Assembly (NCBI GenBank): GCA_963849625.1
Contig: CAWKHU010000008.1
Location: forward strand, 1,741-65,740
Reading direction: 5' to 3'
Length of the DNA: 64,000 nucleotides
DNA from: an uncultured Actinomycetota bacterium
GTDB lineage: Bacteria > Actinomycetota > Actinomycetes > Propionibacteriales > Nocardioidaceae
The notes under the pieces were generated by a model that saw only the letters and a list, made by a program, of their open reading frames with translations, was not told where the DNA came from and ran no database searches. Position numbers and translations under genes: made by a program. Shown here in pieces: positions 47,581 through 57,789 of the stretch (its first letter is position 1; each line of letters opens with the position of its first letter).

Positions 47581-49068
47581 TCAGGCGTAGGTGTAGGCGT
47601 CCAGCGGGAAGCGGCCCGCCTCGCGGAACGCGTTGATCGTTGACGTCGGTCGCAGGATCGCCGCCTCGCCGTGCTGGTTGAAGTAGTAGCTCCTGGCCGT
47701 CGAGCAGTCGCCGAGCGTGAACACCGAGTCCCCGAGGCGTTCGGTCATCCGGTCGAGGAACTCGGCGTTGGCCTCGGGCGTCACCTCGAAGGTCGAGGCG
47801 CCCCGCTTGCTGACCTCGCCGAACAGTCGCTTCATGTGCTTCATCTGCGACTCGATCGTCGTGAAGTAGGACAAGCCGCTGTACGAGTAGGGGCTGGCCA
47901 GCGTCAGGAAGTTGGGGAAGTGGGGAACGGCGACCCCCTCGTAGGCCTGGAACCGGTTGTCGCGCCACCACTTGCCGAGGTTGCGGCCGTCGCGGCCGAT
48001 GATCTCGATCGCGGGGAAGTTGACGTCCCAGAGGTTGAAGCCGGTCGCGAGGAGCAAGGTGTCGATCTCAGTCTTGTTGCCGTCGGTGGTGACGATGCCG
48101 TCAGCCTCGACCCGCTCGATCGGCGTCGTCTCCAGGTGGACGTTCTCGCGCGTGAAGGTCGCGAAGTAGTCGTTGGAAAAGGTCGGCCGCTTGCAACCGA
48201 AGTCGTAGTCCGGGGTGAGCTTCTTGCGGAGCTCCGGATCGCTGATCTGTCGGGCCATGTGCCGCTTGGCGACCCGCTCGGCGAGCTTGTTGAACATCTT
48301 GAACCGCCGATACTTCAGCACGGCGGTCACCATGAGCACCTCGAGCACTCCCGAACCGAACCCACGGGCGATTCGCTGGGTGAACGGCACCTTCGCGTAC
48401 ATGCGCTGGATGCGCTGGGGGATCCTGGCGTCGGACTTCGGCGTCACCCAGATCGCGGTGCGCTGATAGACGGTGAGCTCGGCGAGTGTCGGCGCGATCC
48501 TCGGGATCAGCTGTACGGCGGTGGCGCCCGTGCCGATGACGGCGGCCTTCTTGCCCCTCAAGTCGTACGAGTCGTCCCACTTCGTGGTGTGGATGACCTT
48601 GCCGGCGAAGGTCTCGATGCCGGGGATGTCAGGCATCCTGGGCTGCGACAGGAAGCCGGTTGCGGTCAACAGGTAGCGGGCGTTGATCCGTTCACCACCC
48701 GCCACGTTGACGGTCCAGTGCGCGTTGTCAGCGTCCCACACGGCGCCTTCGACGACTGAGTTGAATCGCATGAGCCTGCGCAGGTCGTACGTGTCGGCGA
48801 CGTGGGACGCGTACTGCTTGAGCTCGTCGCCGGGCGCGTACAGGCGCGACCAGTAGGGGTTGGGCTCGAAGGAGTAGGAGTACGTCGAGGAGGGGATGTC
48901 GACGGCGAGGCCGGGGTAGCGGTTGACGTGCCACGTGCCACCGAGGTCGTCCTCGCGCTCGAGGATCACCACGTCCGTGAACCCGAGACGGCCGAGCTGG
49001 ATGGCCGCTCCCATGCCGCCGAAACCGGCGCCGATGATCGCCGCGTCATGCACCGTGGTGTCCGTCAC
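47581..49068 (-). CDS. Baeyer-Villiger-type flavin monooxygenase
   Basis: GAGFGG, GGTWHVNRYPG, fingerprint FAGKVIHTTKWD, GTGATA, GCKR. Confidence 0.92.
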   Translation of the reverse strand: MTDTTVHDAAIIGAGFGGMGAAIQLGRLGFTDVVILEREDDLGGTWHVNRYPGLAVDIPSSTYSYSFEPNPYWSRLYAPGDELKQYASHVADTYDLRRLMRFNSVVEGAVWDADNAHWTVNVAGGERINARYLLTATGFLSQPRMPDIPGIETFAGKVIHTTKWDDSYDLRGKKAAVIGTGATAVQLIPRIAPTLAELTVYQRTAIWVTPKSDARIPQRIQRMYAKVPFTQRIARGFGSGVLEVLMVTAVLKYRRFKMFNKLAERVAKRHMARQISDPELRKKLTPDYDFGCKRPTFSNDYFATFTRENVHLETTPIERVEADGIVTTDGNKTEIDTLLLATGFNLWDVNFPAIEIIGRDGRNLGKWWRDNRFQAYEGVAVPHFPNFLTLASPYSYSGLSYFTTIESQMKHMKRLFGEVSKRGASTFEVTPEANAEFLDRMTERLGDSVFTLGDCSTARSYYFNQHGEAAILRPTSTINAFREAGRFPLDAYTYA

Positions 49069-49182
49069 GTGCCCTCCAGTTCACATACCGAGAGTATTTG
49101 AACTCAAGTAAAACAGCAGAACCGCGATGTGACAACCCTGATGTCGCATTCGCGGGCGGTTCCGTTGGGGCATCATGACCTC

Positions 49183-49839
49183 ATGACGCTCGAGATCACC
49201 GTCCGCGGCTCCGCGGAGTCGACGCATCCCGCCGAGAGGGCGACGGTCTCGATGGCCGCAGCGATCGAAGGGCCCGAAAAGGCCAAGGTGTTCGCGGATG
49301 CCGTCGCCGTGCAGGATCCTCTGACCACCCAGCTCAAGGAGCTGGTCGACCTCGGTGCCGTCACCAACTGGTCCAGCGGGCAGGTTCGGGTGTTCAGCCA
49401 CCGCCCGTGGGATCACGAGGGCAAGCGGATGGACATGGTGCACGTCGCACGGGTCGAGGCCTCGGCCGAGTTCATCGACTTCGAACGACTCAGTGGCTTC
49501 CTCGACTTCTGGGCGGGCAAGGACGGAGTGGAGATCGTCGGAATCTCATGGGACGTGACGGTCAAGAACCGTCGGTCCTACGAGTCCGAGGTCCGCAAGG
49601 CCGCTGTCGACGATGCCGTCGCCAAGGCGCAGGTCTATGCCAACTCCGTACGCCGTGGCAAGGTCGTCGCGCTGCAGCTGTCTGACCCGGGCATGCTCAG
49701 CAGCCTGCCGCAGGAGCCGGGACCCCTGCCCAAGATGATGATGGCCCAGGCGGACATGGGAGCTGGGGCCTCGCTCGCGCTGTCCCCCGAGCAGATCATC
49801 ATTCACGTCGAGGTTGACGCGCGCTTCTCGGCGGAGTAG
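49183..49839 (+). CDS. SIMPL (DUF541) domain protein
   Basis: ITVRGSA...PAERA, RKAAVDDAVAKAQVYA, C-terminal VEVDARF. Confidence 0.8.
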   Translation: MTLEITVRGSAESTHPAERATVSMAAAIEGPEKAKVFADAVAVQDPLTTQLKELVDLGAVTNWSSGQVRVFSHRPWDHEGKRMDMVHVARVEASAEFIDFERLSGFLDFWAGKDGVEIVGISWDVTVKNRRSYESEVRKAAVDDAVAKAQVYANSVRRGKVVALQLSDPGMLSSLPQEPGPLPKMMMAQADMGAGASLALSPEQIIIHVEVDARFSAE

Positions 49840-49845
49840 CTCAGC

Positions 49846-50613
49846 TCAGCCGAACCAGATGATCTTGACCAGCGCCAGCGTTCCGATCAGCAGGATGATC
49901 GCTCGAAGGATCAGCGGTGGCAGGCGCCTGCCGATCCGGGCGCCGAGCACGCCGCCGATCAGGCTGCCACCTCCGATCAGCGCGACGATCTTCCAGTCGA
50001 TCCGGTCCCAGGCGAACAGCATGAACGAGACGGCCGCGACGGCGTTCACGAGGGTGCCGAGCACGTTCTTGAGCCCGTTGAGCGCCTGGATGCCGGCGCT
50101 GAGCATGATGCCCATCAGTCCCATCAGCAGGATGCCCTGCGCCGCTCCGAAGTAGCCGCCGTAGACACCCAGCCCGAAGATGCCGGCGAACAGGGCGGGT
50201 GACACCCGCTCGACATCGGTGCCGCGCTCCTGCTTGCGGCGGGCCACGCGACGCTGGATCGTCGGCCCGATGATGACCATCACGAGGGCGAGCGCGATGA
50301 GGGCCGGGACGATTGCATCGAACGAGCTGTCCGGCAGCGTCAGCAGCAACGCCGCTCCGGTGATGGCCCCGAGTATCGATGCCGGAGCGAGGCGGACGAG
50401 GCTTGCCTTGAGCTCACGCGCTTCGTGGCGGTATCCGTACGTGCCCGAGATGCCGCCCGCGACGAGACCGATGTTGTTGGACACGTTGGCCGTCAGCGCC
50501 GGGTAGCCAAAGAGCAGCAGCGTGGGGAACGTGATCAGGGTGCCGGAACCGACGATCGTGTTGATCATGCCCGCCCAGATTCCGGCGGCGAAGATCACCA
50601 CACCTTCCAGCAT
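49846..50613 (-). CDS. TauE/SafE family membrane transporter
   Basis: AGMINTIVGSGTLITFP, GVYGGYFGAAQG. Confidence 0.9.
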   Translation of the reverse strand: MLEGVVIFAAGIWAGMINTIVGSGTLITFPTLLLFGYPALTANVSNNIGLVAGGISGTYGYRHEARELKASLVRLAPASILGAITGAALLLTLPDSSFDAIVPALIALALVMVIIGPTIQRRVARRKQERGTDVERVSPALFAGIFGLGVYGGYFGAAQGILLMGLMGIMLSAGIQALNGLKNVLGTLVNAVAAVSFMLFAWDRIDWKIVALIGGGSLIGGVLGARIGRRLPPLILRAIILLIGTLALVKIIWFG

Positions 50614-50708
50614 CCCCCGAGCCTAGCGCTCCGCTCGCTGGCTGCAGATTATGGCTCTGACCTGCGCAAATGCGGTCCCACGACTTGGCCGGGGCGCATA
50701 CCGTAGGT

Positions 50709-51845
50709 ATGCTCGAACGCATGGAGTGGACCTCGCTGTTCCAGCGACTGGCGATCTGGCGGCGACCCGGCGACCGTGTTCGGATGTCGCTGCCGGGTCG
50801 TGGTCCGATGCGCGTCGTCTACGACAAGGCCATCGTGCACGAGACCTACAGCTTGCGGGCTCGAGTCCTCCAGCGCTCCGCGCGCCTGGTGTTCAAGCCG
50901 CTCCTTCGGTTGACGCCGCTCAACGACCGGTCGCTGGCGACGATCCGCGCTGTCGACAGGCTGTCGGCACGCCGACCCCATTCGCCGTACGTCGAGTCGA
51001 TCCGGTTCGATCTCGGCGGCGTACCGGTCGAGTCGATGGTCCACCGCTACGGCACGACCAGTGACATGACGATCCTCTACCTCCACGGCGGCGGTTTCTT
51101 CTCCGGCAGCATCGAGACCCACCGCCGCATCTGCGAACGCCTTGCCCGCAAGACCGGAGCGACCGTCATCTCGGTCGACTACGTACAGCTGCCCGAGGGC
51201 TCGATCGCCGACTCGGTGCGGGACGCCATCACCGCGTACGAGGCGTTGCTCGAGCAGGCCGCGCACCCGGACAAGATCGTGGTCGCGGGCGACTCGGCCG
51301 GCGGCTACCTGACGATGAAGGTCGCCGAGCTCGCCAACCGCCGAGGACTCCAGGCCCCGGCGGCATTGTTGGGCTTCTCGCCGCTGCTGAGCGTCGACCC
51401 GGATCGGGAGGACAAGGCCGTCCAGCGCATCATCAGGGCCCGCGACGCCTACCTCCCCGTACGGCGGATCGCCCAGATCCGCGAACGCTGGCTGCCCGAG
51501 GGGTCAGCGATCGAGGGCTACGCCTCACCGCTGCACGCCACCGCGTACATCTCGTCGCCGACCTTCCTGGTGGCGGTCGAGGACGAGATGCTCCGCCCTG
51601 AGGTCGAGGCGATGGCGCTCCTGCTGGCGGAGCGCGGCGTCGAGGTCGAGACGCACCTGTGGCGCAAGCAGGTGCATGCGTTCCCGGTGCTGGCCAAGGT
51701 GCTGCCCGAGAGCGAGATGGCGTTGCAGCTGGCTGCGGACTTCGCCCGACGCGCTGTTGGCGAGCTCGACCGAGAGCCCGTTGTCGATCCGGACTCGCAC
51801 GAAGAGGTCATCGCCGCCGAGCTGGTCCCCGACGACGCCGCCTGA
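50709..51845 (+). CDS. Esterase/lipase (HSL family alpha/beta hydrolase)
   Basis: YLHGGGF, GDSAGG, QVHAF; start uncertain (50709 or 50721). Confidence 0.88.
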   Translation: MLERMEWTSLFQRLAIWRRPGDRVRMSLPGRGPMRVVYDKAIVHETYSLRARVLQRSARLVFKPLLRLTPLNDRSLATIRAVDRLSARRPHSPYVESIRFDLGGVPVESMVHRYGTTSDMTILYLHGGGFFSGSIETHRRICERLARKTGATVISVDYVQLPEGSIADSVRDAITAYEALLEQAAHPDKIVVAGDSAGGYLTMKVAELANRRGLQAPAALLGFSPLLSVDPDREDKAVQRIIRARDAYLPVRRIAQIRERWLPEGSAIEGYASPLHATAYISSPTFLVAVEDEMLRPEVEAMALLLAERGVEVETHLWRKQVHAFPVLAKVLPESEMALQLAADFARRAVGELDREPVVDPDSHEEVIAAELVPDDAA

Positions 51846-51846
51846 C

Positions 51847-53343
51847 TCACTCGAGCGTGAGCCTCACTGTCGCCTTGAAGCGCTTGTCGTCGGACGTGCT
51901 CGACACGGCAAATGCTGACAACGGTCCGAGCTCGTTGAGCACGTCCTCGACGTCCGGTGGCGGGTTGGACGCGAGCAGGGCTTCGAGGATCGTGTCGATG
52001 TTGACGAAGAGCTCCGAGCCTTCGCCCTTGTGCTCGACGGCCTTCTGGTAGATGTCGGACTTGCCGAGGTCGCCGCCACCGGCAAATGCTTCGGCTGCCC
52101 CCGGGTTGGTGGAGATCACCACCCCGTCGTCGGCGGGCGTCGAGACGAGCGGGACGCCGATCTCGGCGGCGAGATCGACCAGGCGCTTGGCGAGGTCGGC
52201 ACCCTTGACCGGATCGGTGGTGAGCTTGAGGCCGATGTCGAGCTTGGTGAGGTCCTGTGGACCAGACATCATCGGCAAGGTCTCCAGGTTGTCGCCTCCG
52301 ACGACGAGCGCCAGCCCGTCACCGAACAGGGTCTCGATGTCCTCGGGCACCTTGAGCCCGAACTCCTTCTCGAAGCTGGCGAGGTCGTCGTCGTCTCCCT
52401 CGCCCTGGAGCCCGTCGATGAAGCCCGACTCGAACTGCTCTGCCATCTGGTCGCCGAAGCCGGCGATCGAGAGCGCGAGCGCAGTGTCAGCCGGGAGGTC
52501 CGCGATGCTCGTGGTCTTGACTCCCTGAGGAGCCTTGTCCGTCTTGCCGGTCGCCGCGAGCTCGAGTGATGACGACCCGGCGCGCAGTGTGACCGCGGCG
52601 GTGGTCGCTTCACCGAAGGCCTTCTTGGCGTCCGGACCCAGGACGTCGCTGAGCTCGTCGATCGAAGCGACACCCTCGAGATCAGCCCAGGCGGAGAACA
52701 CGCCCTCGTCTCCGAGCGCGTCGACGTCCTTGGTGTACGCGGCGTTGTCGGCGAGCGACTTCTTGGCGGCGGCAGTAGCGACCTTGGCGGCGTCGCTCTT
52801 GTCGGGTGTGACGAGCGCGTAGCCGTCCAGGAAGGCAATGCCGGCGTCGGCATCCGAGCCGTCGCATTCAGCCAGCTTGTTGATGCCGGAACGCGCCTTG
52901 CCCTCGTCGCTGACCTGGACCGCGATGATCGCGGTCTTGAGGTCGGAGTCGTAGGCGAGACCGACGCGGTTGCCGATCCACGGCTCGACATCATCGTCGT
53001 AGTCGAGGTCGCACTCCTTGACGAGGTCCTCCAGCAGCAGCTTGCGGACGTCCTGATCGACATCCTTGATGCCGATCTGCTTGGCCACATCCGGGAACTT
53101 GCGGATCAGCCGCAGCAGGGCGATCTTCTGGCTGGCCGACGGATCGGCGTCGACTCGCGCGTACGCGATGACTGACGAAGGCAGCACGTCGTGCGGCTGG
53201 GTGCCACCACCATCGAGCTTCTGCCAGGCGAACGCTGCGACGCCCGCGAGGGCGACGACCACACCGAGCACTGCGCCGATGATGATGGTCCGCTTGCGGC
53301 TGCGGCCCTTGGGCTCGGTGGCAGCAGTAGTCAGGTCAGTCAC
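51847..53343 (-). CDS. Membrane-anchored extracytoplasmic protein (DUF3352-like)
   Basis: GTG 53343; basic patch plus one TM helix, then GGGTQP..LP, DPSASQK, DVEPWIG; acidic body. Confidence 0.72.
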   Translation of the reverse strand: MTDLTTAATEPKGRSRKRTIIIGAVLGVVVALAGVAAFAWQKLDGGGTQPHDVLPSSVIAYARVDADPSASQKIALLRLIRKFPDVAKQIGIKDVDQDVRKLLLEDLVKECDLDYDDDVEPWIGNRVGLAYDSDLKTAIIAVQVSDEGKARSGINKLAECDGSDADAGIAFLDGYALVTPDKSDAAKVATAAAKKSLADNAAYTKDVDALGDEGVFSAWADLEGVASIDELSDVLGPDAKKAFGEATTAAVTLRAGSSSLELAATGKTDKAPQGVKTTSIADLPADTALALSIAGFGDQMAEQFESGFIDGLQGEGDDDDLASFEKEFGLKVPEDIETLFGDGLALVVGGDNLETLPMMSGPQDLTKLDIGLKLTTDPVKGADLAKRLVDLAAEIGVPLVSTPADDGVVISTNPGAAEAFAGGGDLGKSDIYQKAVEHKGEGSELFVNIDTILEALLASNPPPDVEDVLNELGPLSAFAVSSTSDDKRFKATVRLTLE

Positions 53344-53416
53344 GAGTCTTCCTTGGCTGGGGGAATCCAGAGGGTATCGAACCTCACCTTCAGCCGTCAG
53401 CCACTGCAGCGCCAAG

Positions 53417-53438
53417 AAACAATCAGGCTTGACTGTTT
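53417..53438. promoter_or_regulatory. Putative TetR operator of the atu-like operon
   Basis: Near-palindrome AAACAATCAGGCTTGACTGTTT about 25 nt upstream of tetR. Confidence 0.6.
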
Positions 53439-53463
53439 GTGGCAAAGCACTCATGCTGGACCG

Positions 53464-54072
53464 GTGACCACCCAGCCACAGTCGAGGACGCCTCAGGGCG
53501 AGCGCACCCGTGCAATGCGACAGCGACTGATGGAGGCCACCGTCGAGTGCCTCGTCGAGCTCGGCTGGTCCGGCACGACGACCACCGTGGTGAGCCAACG
53601 AGCCGGGGTCAGCCGGGGCGCCCAGCTCCACCACTTTCCGACCAAGCAGGATCTCGTCGTCGCAGCCGTCGGCCATCTGACCGAACGGCGCCGCGAGGAC
53701 ATGAGGCAGGCCGCCGCGGACCTCCCCGAGGCCGGTCGCACCCGGGCCGTCCTGGAGATCTTGTCGGCGCAGTTCGTCTCACCGGTGTTCTTCGCAGCGC
53801 TCGAGCTGTGGGTGGCAGCGCGTACGGACGCTGAGCTCCGCGAATCAGTGGCTCCCCTTGAACGCCGGGTCGGACGCGAGACCCACGCGTACGCGCTCGA
53901 GCTCCTCGGTGTGGACGAGGCGCGCGGACACAACCGCGAGGTAGTCCAGGCCACCCTCGACCTTCTGCGCGGCCTGGGCCTCGCAGCGTCCCTGTCCGAC
54001 GACGCGAAGCGACGTTCTGTCGTCCTCGACTCGTGGGCGACCATCCTCGACCAGCAGCTGGAGCTTGCATGA
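53464..54072 (+). CDS. TetR family transcriptional regulator
   Basis: GTG 53464; RAGVSRGAQLHHFPTK, AALELWVAARTD. Confidence 0.92.
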   Translation: MTTQPQSRTPQGERTRAMRQRLMEATVECLVELGWSGTTTTVVSQRAGVSRGAQLHHFPTKQDLVVAAVGHLTERRREDMRQAAADLPEAGRTRAVLEILSAQFVSPVFFAALELWVAARTDAELRESVAPLERRVGRETHAYALELLGVDEARGHNREVVQATLDLLRGLGLAASLSDDAKRRSVVLDSWATILDQQLELA

Positions 54073-54860
54073 CGATCCTCGACCAAGTGCTTGCCGATCT
54101 CGAAGCCGAGAGCGCTCAGCTCGACGGCTGGGTGTCAGTGCTCGACGCGGCCGGGTGGGAGACCGTCACCACGCCGGAGGGCTGGACCGTCACCCACCAG
54201 ATCGGCCACCTGCACTGGACCGACCTGGCCTCGGTCACTGCGATCACGGACGAGCCCGCCTTCGCCGAAGGGCTCAAGGCGGCTGCCGCCAACCCGACCG
54301 GCTTCGTCGACGAAGCGGCTGAGGAGATGGCACTGATCCCTCCGGCCGAGCTGCTGGCGACCTGGCGCGAAGGCCGCCTGGCGCTGCAGGCCGCGCTGCG
54401 TGCGGTTCCGGACGGCGAGAAGATCCCTTGGTTCGGTCCGCCCATGAGCCCGGTCTCGATGGCGACGGCTCGGGTGATGGAGACGTGGGCGCACTCGCGC
54501 GACGTCGCCGAGGCAGTCGGCATCGACGTTCCCAAGACGTCACGGGCCAAGCACGTGGCGCACATCGGCGTACGGGCTCGCGGTTTCGCGTACATGATGC
54601 GCGGCGAGCAGATCCCCGAAGGAGACGTACGCGTGGAGCTGACCGGACCCGACGGAGACCTGTGGGCCTGGGGACCCGAGGAAGCCGCGGAAAAAGTGAC
54701 TGGCAGCGGGTACGACTTCGCGCTGCTGGTGACCCGCCGGCGTCATCGCGACGACCTCGATCTGCAGGCCGTCGGTGACAACGCCGACCACTGGCTGGAC
54801 ATCGCCCAGGCCTTCGCCGGGCTGCCCGGCAACGACCCGCGTCGGCTGGCGGACCGATGA
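54069..54860 (+). CDS. TIGR03084 family (DinB/mycothiol maleylpyruvate isomerase-like) metal-binding protein
   Basis: GWTVTHQIGHL, PWFGPPMS, ARVMETWAH, IAQAFAG. Confidence 0.85.
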   Translation: MTILDQVLADLEAESAQLDGWVSVLDAAGWETVTTPEGWTVTHQIGHLHWTDLASVTAITDEPAFAEGLKAAAANPTGFVDEAAEEMALIPPAELLATWREGRLALQAALRAVPDGEKIPWFGPPMSPVSMATARVMETWAHSRDVAEAVGIDVPKTSRAKHVAHIGVRARGFAYMMRGEQIPEGDVRVELTGPDGDLWAWGPEEAAEKVTGSGYDFALLVTRRRHRDDLDLQAVGDNADHWLDIAQAFAGLPGNDPRRLADR

Positions 54861-56638
54861 GCATCCGCGTCGGCAACTGCTCCGGCTACTACGGCGATCG
54901 CCTCTCGGCGATGCGCGAAATGCTCGAGGGCGGACAGCTCGACTACCTCACCGGCGACTACCTGGCCGAGCTGACGATGCTGATCCTCGGGCGCGACCGG
55001 ATGAAGGACACCTCGCTCGGCTATGCCAAGACATTCGTGAAGCAGATGACTGACTCGATGGGTCTCGCCAAGAAGCTGGGCGTCAAGATCGTCGCCAACT
55101 CCGGAGGCCTCAACCCCGCAGGTCTCGCCGAGGCACTGCGATCGATCGCCGCCGAGCAAGGACTGGAAATCGCGATCGCCCACGTGGAGGGCGATGATCT
55201 GGTAGACCGGGCTGAGGAGCTCAAGCTCGGAAACGTCATGACGGCAAATGCCTATCTCGGCGCGTTCGGCATCGCGTCGGCCCTGGAGGGAGGGGCCGAC
55301 GTGGTCGTCACCGGGCGCGTCACGGATGCGTCGGTCGTGGTGGGTCCGGCGATCGCGGACCTCGGCTGGGGTCGTGAGGACTACGACCTGCTCGCCGCCG
55401 CGGTGGTCGCCGGTCACGTCATCGAGTGCGGCACGCAGGCAACGGGCGGCAACTTCTCAGGCTTCGGCTCGATCGACACCTCAAAGCCGCTGGGGTTCCC
55501 GATCGCCGAGATCTCGTCCGACGGATCGGTCGTCATCACCAAGCACGAGGGCACCGGCGGAGCGGTCACGATCGACACCGTCACGGCGCAGCTCGTCTAC
55601 GAGGTCGGCGGGCCCACGTACCTCGGACCGGATGTCAGCGCGCGGCTCGACACGATGACGCTGACCCAGGAGGGTCCCGATCGGGTCGCCATCACCGGCG
55701 TCACCGGAGAGGCGCCGCCAATGACGACGAAGGTCTGCCTCAACACGGTCGGCGGGTTCCGCAACAGCGTCGAGTTCCTCCTCACGGGTCTCGACATCCC
55801 CGCGAAGGCAGCGCTGATTCGTACGCAGATGGAGACGGCACTGGCGACCACGCCGCCCGACGAGATCGAGTGGCACCTCGACCGTACGGATGTGCCTGAT
55901 CCGTCGACCGAAGCCGCGGCCACCTCCCTGCTGCGCTGCCACGTCAAGAGCGCCCAGGCCGAGCCGGTGGGCCGGGCGTTCAGCGATGCGGCGATCCAGC
56001 TCGCCCTGGCGTCGTACCCGGGATTCAGCGTCACCCGCCCTCCCGCTGCTGGTGCACCGTTCGGCGTCTATCGCGCCGCGTACGTTCCGCAGGACGAGGT
56101 GCCACACATCGTCGTCGACGCGGCGGGCAACCGCACCGAGATCGCACCGCCGAGCGGCGCAACCCCACCCGCGAGCGGTGCGGATTCGGAAGACTCGCCG
56201 GCTCAAAACCCCGACCCTGCACCACTCGCGGGTGGGGGTGCACCGCTCGGTGAGTGGGCGGCGGAGGTCGTGCGCGCTCCGCTGGGGCGGCTCGCGTACG
56301 CCCGATCTGGCGACAAGGGCGGTGACGCCAATGTCGGTGTCTGGATCCCGGTCGATCATCCCGAGGCTGACCTGGCCTACGAGTGGCTGGCCAGCTTCCT
56401 CGACGAGGAGACCGTTCGCGAGCTGCTGCCCGAGGCGGCCCCGCTCGACCTCGAGATCCATCCGCTGCCCAACCTGCGAGCGGTCAACATCGTGATTCAT
56501 GGCTTGCTGGGTGACGGCGTCGCATCGTCGACCCGCCTCGACCCGCAGGCCAAGGGACTCGGCGAGTGGCTGCGAGCCCGCGACTGCGCGATCCCGTCGA
56601 AGCTGCTTCCCGACGCACTCGTGGCAGGTGGCCTGTGA
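54857..56638 (+). CDS. atuA: AtuA family (DUF1446) acyclic terpene utilization protein
   Basis: GNCSGYYGDR, DYLAELTM, NAYLG, GHVIECG, ARSGDKG, DPQAKGLGE. Confidence 0.88.
   Translation: MSIRVGNCSGYYGDRLSAMREMLEGGQLDYLTGDYLAELTMLILGRDRMKDTSLGYAKTFVKQMTDSMGLAKKLGVKIVANSGGLNPAGLAEALRSIAAEQGLEIAIAHVEGDDLVDRAEELKLGNVMTANAYLGAFGIASALEGGADVVVTGRVTDASVVVGPAIADLGWGREDYDLLAAAVVAGHVIECGTQATGGNFSGFGSIDTSKPLGFPIAEISSDGSVVITKHEGTGGAVTIDTVTAQLVYEVGGPTYLGPDVSARLDTMTLTQEGPDRVAITGVTGEAPPMTTKVCLNTVGGFRNSVEFLLTGLDIPAKAALIRTQMETALATTPPDEIEWHLDRTDVPDPSTEAAATSLLRCHVKSAQAEPVGRAFSDAAIQLALASYPGFSVTRPPAAGAPFGVYRAAYVPQDEVPHIVVDAAGNRTEIAPPSGATPPASGADSEDSPAQNPDPAPLAGGGAPLGEWAAEVVRAPLGRLAYARSGDKGGDANVGVWIPVDHPEADLAYEWLASFLDEETVRELLPEAAPLDLEIHPLPNLRAVNIVIHGLLGDGVASSTRLDPQAKGLGEWLRARDCAIPSKLLPDALVAGGL
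56150..56250. repeat. 101-bp palindromic (REP/MITE-like) element inside atuA
   Basis: 40-nt arms at 56150-56189 and 56211-56250 with 34 Watson-Crick pairs plus one G-T; 21-nt loop. Confidence 0.75.
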
Positions 56639-57789
56639 GCTCGGCCTGGGAGACGCCGGAGCGAGTGGCGCTGCGCGAGATGGTCACGTCGTTCACCGAG
56701 AAGGAGCTCGTGCCACACCTTCCGGCGTGGGAGGACGCCGGTGAAGTGCCGCGCGAGGTGCACGCCAAGGCCGCATCGGCCGGCCTGCTCGGTGTCGCGT
56801 TTCCGACCGAGGTCGGCGGCCAGGGCGGCGACCTGATCGACGGCTCGACCGTCACCGAAGCGCTGATCGAGGCAGGCGGATCGACGGGCCTCATCGCCGC
56901 GCTCTTCACCCACGGCATCGCACTGCCCCACATCATCGGCTCCGGCAATGCTGACCTGATCGATCGGTACGTCCGGCCCACGCTGGCCGGCGAGATGATC
57001 GGATCGCTGGGCATCACCGAACCCGGCGGCGGTTCCGACGTCGCCAACATCCACACGTCGGCCGTACGCGACGGCGACGACTTCGTGGTCAACGGCGCCA
57101 AGACGTTCATCACCTCCGGGGTGCGCGCCGACTTCGTGACGACCGCGGTACGTACGGGCGGCGAGGGCTATGCCGGCATCAGCCTGCTCGTCATCGACAA
57201 GGGTCTGCCCGGGTTCACAGTTGCCCGGCCGCTGCGCAAGATGGGCTGGCACTGCTCGGACACCGCAGAGCTGAGCTTCGACAACGTGCGAGTGCCCGCC
57301 AGTCAGCTCGTGGGCGAGGTCGACGGTGGCTTCGTGCTCGTCATGCAGCAGTTCGTCAGCGAACGCCTCGGTCTCGCCGTGCAGGGACATGCGACGGCGC
57401 AGCGCGCACTCGATCTTGCCGTGGCCTATGCCCGGCAGCGTGAGACGTTCGGCAAGCCGCTCATCACCCGTCAGGTCATCAGGCACAAGCTGGTCGAGAT
57501 GCACCGCCGCACGTCTGCCGCCCGGGCGCTGACCCGGCAGGCCGTCGAGCGAGCGGTCGACGGTGACAACACGGACCCGGCGATCATCCTCGATGCCGTG
57601 ATGGCCAAGAACCAGTCGGTCGAGGCATGTGAATGGGTGGTCTCCGAAGCCGTACAGATCTTCGGCGGAATGGGCTACATGCGCGAGTCCGAGATCGACC
57701 GGCACTACCGCGATGCCCGCATTCTCGGCATCGGCGGCGGCGCCACCGAAGTCCTGAACGACCTGGCCGCAAAGCTCTTGGGGTATTAA
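56635..57789 (+). CDS. Acyl-CoA dehydrogenase (AtuD/FadE13-like)
   Basis: GTG 56635; GITEPGGGSD, KMGWHCSDTA, QIFGGMGY, IGGGATE. Confidence 0.92.
   Translation: MSSAWETPERVALREMVTSFTEKELVPHLPAWEDAGEVPREVHAKAASAGLLGVAFPTEVGGQGGDLIDGSTVTEALIEAGGSTGLIAALFTHGIALPHIIGSGNADLIDRYVRPTLAGEMIGSLGITEPGGGSDVANIHTSAVRDGDDFVVNGAKTFITSGVRADFVTTAVRTGGEGYAGISLLVIDKGLPGFTVARPLRKMGWHCSDTAELSFDNVRVPASQLVGEVDGGFVLVMQQFVSERLGLAVQGHATAQRALDLAVAYARQRETFGKPLITRQVIRHKLVEMHRRTSAARALTRQAVERAVDGDNTDPAIILDAVMAKNQSVEACEWVVSEAVQIFGGMGYMRESEIDRHYRDARILGIGGGATEVLNDLAAKLLGY

Noticed and set aside
49095-49110. Weak palindrome TATTTGA-AC-TCAAGTA upstream of the BVMO gene
   Set aside because: Short, imperfect, single occurrence with no adjacent regulator; too weak to call.
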